A program made the position numbers and the translations under genes. Below the pieces are notes generated by a model. The model was not told the DNA's origin. It was given only the letters and a program-made list of their open reading frames with translations, and made no database searches. A DNA stretch of 64,000 nt from an uncultured Acidobacteriota bacterium (GTDB lineage: Bacteria > Acidobacteriota > Thermoanaerobaculia > Multivoradales > SZUA-115), in NCBI GenBank assembly GCA_963805975.1, contig CAWDVR010000001.1, positions 800,001-864,000 on the forward strand, written 5' to 3'. Every line of letters begins with the position of its first letter. The stretch's first letter is position 1. This document shows positions 59,343-64,000 of this stretch, in pieces.

Positions 59343-61742
59343 CTACTCCAGGTATCCCAGCGCCCGCAGGGTCTCGAGCTGATCGCTCTCGATCCCGCCG
59401 GCGGCGGCGCGCGGAAACTTCTTGGCCAGTGCCAGGTGCTCGAAGAGCTGCCTTTCGAGCCGTTGACGGAAGGTCTTGGCGAGGTCGGGCCGCTCGGCCT
59501 GGAGGCTCTTCAGACAGTAGGGATCGGAGGCGAGGTCGAAGAGCAGCAGATCCTCCTCGGGCCTGCCCTCGCCGCCCACGGCCAGCGAAGCACCCCAGCT
59601 CCCGTCGATCATCTCGATCACCCCGGAGAGGCGCCCGGTCTCGGGGTCGGCCGTGAACTCGTCGATCACCACCGGGCGCCGCTCCCAACCCGGCTTGCCG
59701 AGCAGCAGGGGAGCGAGGGACTGCCCCTGTAGGTACGCCGGCTTCGGCTGGCCCGCGAGGTCGAGCACCGTGGGCAGGAGGTCGAGGAGTGACACCGGCT
59801 CCTCGAACCGGGAGCCGGGGCGGATACGGCCCGGCCAAGTGAAGACCAGCGGTACCCGCGTAAGGTAGGCGTTGAGGTAGGGGACCCGCGCTTCCGGGTC
59901 GAGGCCCGAGAGCAGGCCGAGGCCCGGCCAGTCGCCGTGATCCGCGGTGACCACGAGCAGCGTGTTCTCCCACTCGCCGCGTGCCCCGAGCTCCGCCACC
60001 AGGCGGCCGAGCTGGTGGTCGTTATGAAGGAATGCCTCGTCGTAGGCGTCGCGCGCCGCTTCGAAGTACGCACGGCGGTCCACGCCGGCGCGGGTGAAGA
60101 GGCCCGCCGGCGCGCGCAGCGCCCACGAGCGGCCGATGCCGCCGCTCGCGCCGCCGAGCTTGCGCTCCATCTCCTGGAAGCGCTCGCGAGCGTCCGTGGA
60201 GAGGAAAGTTCCGGCGGTGGGCTCCACGGCTTCCCACGGCCAATGCACGTCCGTGGTCTGGAAATGGACCCAGTACGGCTGGCCGGGGTAGGCGTCCCGC
60301 CAGCGGAAGAACTCGGCCTGGAGCGCGGCCGAGGAGGCGGAGCTCGGACCGGCCACGGTCTCGCGCAGCTCGTCCACGCCGCGCTCGAGGCTGCTCATGG
60401 TGCCGCACCAGGTGTTCGAGGTGAAGACCGCCGTCTGGTAGCCGGCGCGGTGCAGGATCTCGGCCATGGTCCCGGCCGACTCGGGCAGTGGGTCCGAAGG
60501 AGTCGCGTAGCCGCCCAGCACGCTGTGCTGCAGCGAGGTCATGAACGAGGTGGTCGAGGGCTTCGACCAGCTCGAGTTGCTGCGTGCGTTCTCGAACAGC
60601 CCACCGCGGGCGGCGAGCTTCTCGAGGTTGGGCGTGGTGGGGCGCGGGTAGCCGTAGGCGCTCGCGTACTCGGCGCCGCCGGCGTCGATCACGTAGAGGA
60701 CGACGTTCGGCGGGCGCTCCGCCGCGCGGCCCGAAAGGGTAGGCGCCGCCCACAGCGCCACGGCACCGCGGCGCTCGGCCCGGCTCTCGAGCGCGAGAGT
60801 GACGGTCCTTCCCGCCCAGCGGGCGAGGTCCACCGAGCGCTGCGCCCAGCGCTCGGTGGTCGAACAGGCCTCCTCGAAGACGGTCTCGGGTGCGCTCCTG
60901 CCGGCGCCGACCTCGACCCGGAAGGTGACCGGTGCATCCGCGCGCAGCACGCCGAGGCCGAGATCGAGCCGGGCGCCCTCCGGCAGGCGCACGCGGTACT
61001 CGAGGCGCGAGGGAGCGTGAGTGAAGAGCGTTCGCCGGTGGAGCTGGTCGCGCGGCTCGGTGACCACGCCGGCCGGAGCGCCGGCAAAGCGGGCTTCCTT
61101 GGGGACGAGCTCCACGGAGAGCAGCTCGACGCTCGCCGGTGCCGGCGAGGTGAGCACCAGGGCGAGCTCCGTCCAGGGGTCTGAGCCCTCAACGGAGTCG
61201 GTCCAGTCGGCGCGCAGCAGGTAGCGGTGCGTTGCGCCGGCGGCCAGCAGGTCCACGGCCTCCCCGCGGAGCAGGAAGGGCTCGTGGTCGAACACCATCT
61301 CGCCGGCCTGCCGGCGGCGGTTGAACCATGCCGTCAGGCGCGCGTCTCGAGTGCTGGCCCGCGCCTCGACGACGATGGATGCCCAGTCCTCGCGGTTCCA
61401 GCCCGGCAGCTCGACGAAGGCGCCGCCGTAGAGGCCCCGGCGGGCGCGGTGAGCCTCGGTCAGCGAGATGCGGAGCGCGCCGTTCTGCTGCGACACCAGG
61501 GCCGGAGCGCGGCCCGGGTCCAGGGGCTGGGCGGCCTTCCAGGCTGGTTGCTCGACGTCGAAGGCCCAGATCTTGGGCGCCGGAAGGTCCGCCGGTACGG
61601 CTGAGCCCTCCAGCCGGGCGGAGCCCCAATGCTCTTCGAGATGCAGTGGAAGGTCCGCGGTGAGGGGCGCCGGACCCGGCTGCGGGCAGGCGGCGAGGAA
61701 AACCACCGCGACGGCGAGACCGAGGCGTCGTAGGGCTGGCAT
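59343..61742 (-). CDS. Sulfatase-like lipoprotein
   Basis: LAAC lipobox; PNVVLYVID, TTPNL, WSKPS, DVHWP, TADHG, LETLRALGYLE tail. Confidence 0.85.
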   Translation of the reverse strand: MPALRRLGLAVAVVFLAACPQPGPAPLTADLPLHLEEHWGSARLEGSAVPADLPAPKIWAFDVEQPAWKAAQPLDPGRAPALVSQQNGALRISLTEAHRARRGLYGGAFVELPGWNREDWASIVVEARASTRDARLTAWFNRRRQAGEMVFDHEPFLLRGEAVDLLAAGATHRYLLRADWTDSVEGSDPWTELALVLTSPAPASVELLSVELVPKEARFAGAPAGVVTEPRDQLHRRTLFTHAPSRLEYRVRLPEGARLDLGLGVLRADAPVTFRVEVGAGRSAPETVFEEACSTTERWAQRSVDLARWAGRTVTLALESRAERRGAVALWAAPTLSGRAAERPPNVVLYVIDAGGAEYASAYGYPRPTTPNLEKLAARGGLFENARSNSSWSKPSTTSFMTSLQHSVLGGYATPSDPLPESAGTMAEILHRAGYQTAVFTSNTWCGTMSSLERGVDELRETVAGPSSASSAALQAEFFRWRDAYPGQPYWVHFQTTDVHWPWEAVEPTAGTFLSTDARERFQEMERKLGGASGGIGRSWALRAPAGLFTRAGVDRRAYFEAARDAYDEAFLHNDHQLGRLVAELGARGEWENTLLVVTADHGDWPGLGLLSGLDPEARVPYLNAYLTRVPLVFTWPGRIRPGSRFEEPVSLLDLLPTVLDLAGQPKPAYLQGQSLAPLLLGKPGWERRPVVIDEFTADPETGRLSGVIEMIDGSWGASLAVGGEGRPEEDLLLFDLASDPYCLKSLQAERPDLAKTFRQRLERQLFEHLALAKKFPRAAAGGIESDQLETLRALGYLE

Positions 61743-61932
61743 GGGAAGCGAAGCCTATCCTTCGCACCCTCGAGCCGGTGAAGCAAGCATCAGCCTCGAT
61801 ACGTGATGAGGCCCGTTGCCACTACCAAGAAGAAGCCGATGCTGTCTCGATAGCGCAGGTGTCCGAGCCACGCCAGCGCCATCAGGCAGCTCGCCAAGAA
61901 CATACACACAGGGACCACGACTGCCTTCATCT

Positions 61933-62856
61933 CTAAATTCTCCGGCCCGCCAGGTGAGCGTCGAGCCAGTCGAGCGCCGCTGCGTCGACGTCGAGATCGA
62001 ACTTGCGCGCGAAGTAGTAGCTGCTGGCGACGAGGGCGGGGCAGTCGGCGTAGGTGAGGATTCGCGGGTGGCCGTTGCGGTCGCCCTGGAAATCGACGAA
62101 GCGCAGGTTGTCGTTGAACAGGCGAAAGCTGCCGTCGTTGATCAGTACGGTTTGGGCGAAGGCCTCGTCAGGGCATACCGTGCGCTCGAAGTGGACCACC
62201 ATTTTGCCGCGGCTACGGGCCGTTGCGAGGAGCTGCTCGGCGCAGCTACGGCGGAGGGTCGTCCATTGCGATCCGACGAAAGGAGCCTGCCCTGCTGCCG
62301 CGCCGGGGAATCGCGCCCGGATTCCCAGCCGTGGCCCATAGGTGAGATGGACGTTGAAGCCGTTCTGGAGCTTGTTGAGCGGGCGCACGAAGCGCAGCGC
62401 CGCCTCCCACCCGGGCAGCTCGAAATAGCGGTACAGGTAGCGCACGCGCCCCTGCCGCCGGCGGCCATCGGGGCTCCGTGCGTCCATCGGCCTCCAGGTG
62501 AGGTAACCGTCGTAGTCGGTCGCGGCGAGCACCGTTTCGAGCTCGGCCAGCGGCCGAATCGGATAGTCCTGGCCGGACAGGTACACCAACCACTGGTAAT
62601 CGCCAAGCTGGTGAGAGAGTAGCTCTACGGCGTCGAAGTAGGGCTCGAGCAGCGACCAGTAACCGCGGTGACATTGTTGGCGATGGGAAAAATGCACCAC
62701 GCCGAGGGCGTCGAGCACGGCGGCGTTCAGAGGCTCGCCGGCCAGGCAGTGCCCAACCACCAGGAGCGCATCGGGGCTGCCGCGGCGGAGGGCGCCGAGG
62801 AGGCGCTCGACCTGACGCGGGCTGCGATGACTCTGCACGAAGTAGGCGACGCGCAC
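61933..62856 (-). CDS. Core-2/I-branching (GT14-like) glycosyltransferase
   Basis: AYFVQSH, LSGQDYPI, GSQW, PDE.F.QT, NDNLR, FARKFD. Confidence 0.88.
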   Translation of the reverse strand: MRVAYFVQSHRSPRQVERLLGALRRGSPDALLVVGHCLAGEPLNAAVLDALGVVHFSHRQQCHRGYWSLLEPYFDAVELLSHQLGDYQWLVYLSGQDYPIRPLAELETVLAATDYDGYLTWRPMDARSPDGRRRQGRVRYLYRYFELPGWEAALRFVRPLNKLQNGFNVHLTYGPRLGIRARFPGAAAGQAPFVGSQWTTLRRSCAEQLLATARSRGKMVVHFERTVCPDEAFAQTVLINDGSFRLFNDNLRFVDFQGDRNGHPRILTYADCPALVASSYYFARKFDLDVDAAALDWLDAHLAGRRI

Positions 62857-62883
62857 GATGGCATTTGCTCTGGGCTAAGGCTA

Positions 62884-63594
62884 TCAGCCGCCGGGAGCGG
62901 GTGTCGTGCTCGGAGGTGCAGCAGAGTCGGGCGCGCCTGCGCCACGGCTGTGCTCCGCGAGCCAGGCCTCCACCTCCTCGGGATGGAAGCCGAAGGGGCC
63001 CGGCTCGCCCTTGTAGGCGATCCGGCCGTCCGCGCCGATGATGTAGAAGCGCTCCGGCCAGCCCGCGTAGAGCTTCTCCACCTGATTGTCGATGTCGTCG
63101 ACGCCGAAGGGCAGGGTGTAGTCGAAGCGCTTCACGAAGTCGTTGGCGATGACCAGGCGGTCGGCCAGGGTCTTGGGTTGGCGGTAGCACACGTCCTCCT
63201 TCTCGTTGGAGGTCATCTGCCACTCGTCGAGCGGATGGGCTTCCTTGATGTAGACGGTGAGGAAGCTCGCCGTGTCCCGATACTTCGCTTGCATCTCTTC
63301 CAGGCGCTCGACCGAGCGCCGGAAGGGCGGTCAGGTGAAGCTGCCGAAGACCAGCACCAGCGGCTGAGTGCCGATCCGATCGGCCAGGCGCACGGTCGCT
63401 TCGCCGTCGAGGGCCCTGAGCACGCCGTCCGGCGCCAGGTCCCCGACCTTGAGGTCTCCCTCCCGGCGCTGGTCGTAGAGCAGCATGCCGATGACGTTGC
63501 GCGGGCCGATCTTCATCACCATGTAGCCGGCCGCGAGGAGCACCAGCCCCAGCACGGAGAGCAGGATCCGCTTGGCGAGAACGACTTTCCTCAT
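62884..63594 (-). CDS. Iodothyronine deiodinase-like selenoprotein (UGA read as Sec, codon 88)
   Basis: One frame reads PLVLVFGSFT-TGA-PPFRRS...VYIKEAHP.DEW...YAGWPER; TGA at 63333-63331; GGAGG RBS; N-terminal TM segment. Confidence 0.9.
63297..63325 (-). promoter_or_regulatory. Putative bacterial SECIS element
   Basis: CUUCC-GGCGCUC-[GGUC]-GAGCGCC-U-GGAAG hairpin; G-initial loop begins after 17 nt following the UGA. Confidence 0.8.
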
Positions 63595-63791
63595 GCCACC
63601 TCCCGGGTCGTCGGGCGAGCGTAGAGCCTCGCCGCCGCGGGTGCAAGATGCCGACCAGCGGCAGCATTGCCGGAGCGCCGGGATCTTGCCCTGCATCGGC
63701 CTTGCAGGAGGCCGTGTGATCCGCGAACGCTCATAGAACCCATGCATCGGCTGCGGTCGCCGCCACCGGCCGGGCGAGATAAAGTCTGCGC

Positions 63792-64000
63792 ATGCCCACT
63801 CCCGTCCGAGCTGTCGCCGTCCTGGGTTTCGCGCTGCTCCTCGCGCTGCTGACCGCTTGCGGCGGGGCCGAGAAGCCGGCCGCCAGCCCTCCCGCCTCCG
63901 AGCCGCCGCCGCCGCCGGCCGCCGAGGAACAGGAGGCCATCCCTCTCGACCCCGAGCGCGCCGTTTTTTCCCATGCCTGCCTGGACCTGAAGCCCGCCGA
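63792..64000 (+). CDS. Lipoprotein (partial)
   Basis: MPTPVRAVAVLGFALLLALLTAC lipobox, then Pro/Ala linker; runs off the window. Confidence 0.65.
   Translation, partial: MPTPVRAVAVLGFALLLALLTACGGAEKPAASPPASEPPPPPAAEEQEAIPLDPERAVFSHACLDLKPA

Overview
A very GC-rich bacterial window, probably Acidobacteriota (Thermoanaerobaculia-like). This is inferred from an ADOP-type permease, an ECF sigma/Ser-Thr kinase-TPR pair and secreted proteins ending in IFADGFESGD. The flanks are mostly ordinary genes. Left flank: M48 protease, two-component system, vapBC, AAA/VWA pair, trxB, sdaA. Right flank: ferritin, asd-like, pssA/psd, tsaB-rimI-mutS-nagZ, matrixin, sulfatase. The main find is a ~27 kb envelope-directed cluster (about 18990-46400). 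It encodes a secreted internally duplicated beta-protein followed by a strong terminator-like hairpin, four NHL beta-propeller proteins (one fused to an M16 peptidase, one to a MauG-type di-heme enzyme), an inactive M16 partner and a second MauG-type enzyme. It also encodes an MMPL/LolA-like pair, a TonB-C protein, three paralogous His/Cys-rich secreted proteins, an ADOP permease, a PQQ-like propeller, an acyltransferase, a VOC protein and an AraC regulator. Five transcription units in it share an upstream motif, CGCAA-N3-NGGAKRWGAC, placed 18-19 nt before a -10-like hexamer, so the cluster looks like one regulon. Separately, a deiodinase-like gene split by the ORF track (62884-63594) is very probably a selenoprotein: it has an in-frame UGA in GSFT-U-PPF followed by a SECIS-like hairpin. 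All family assignments come from motifs read by eye; no searches were run.
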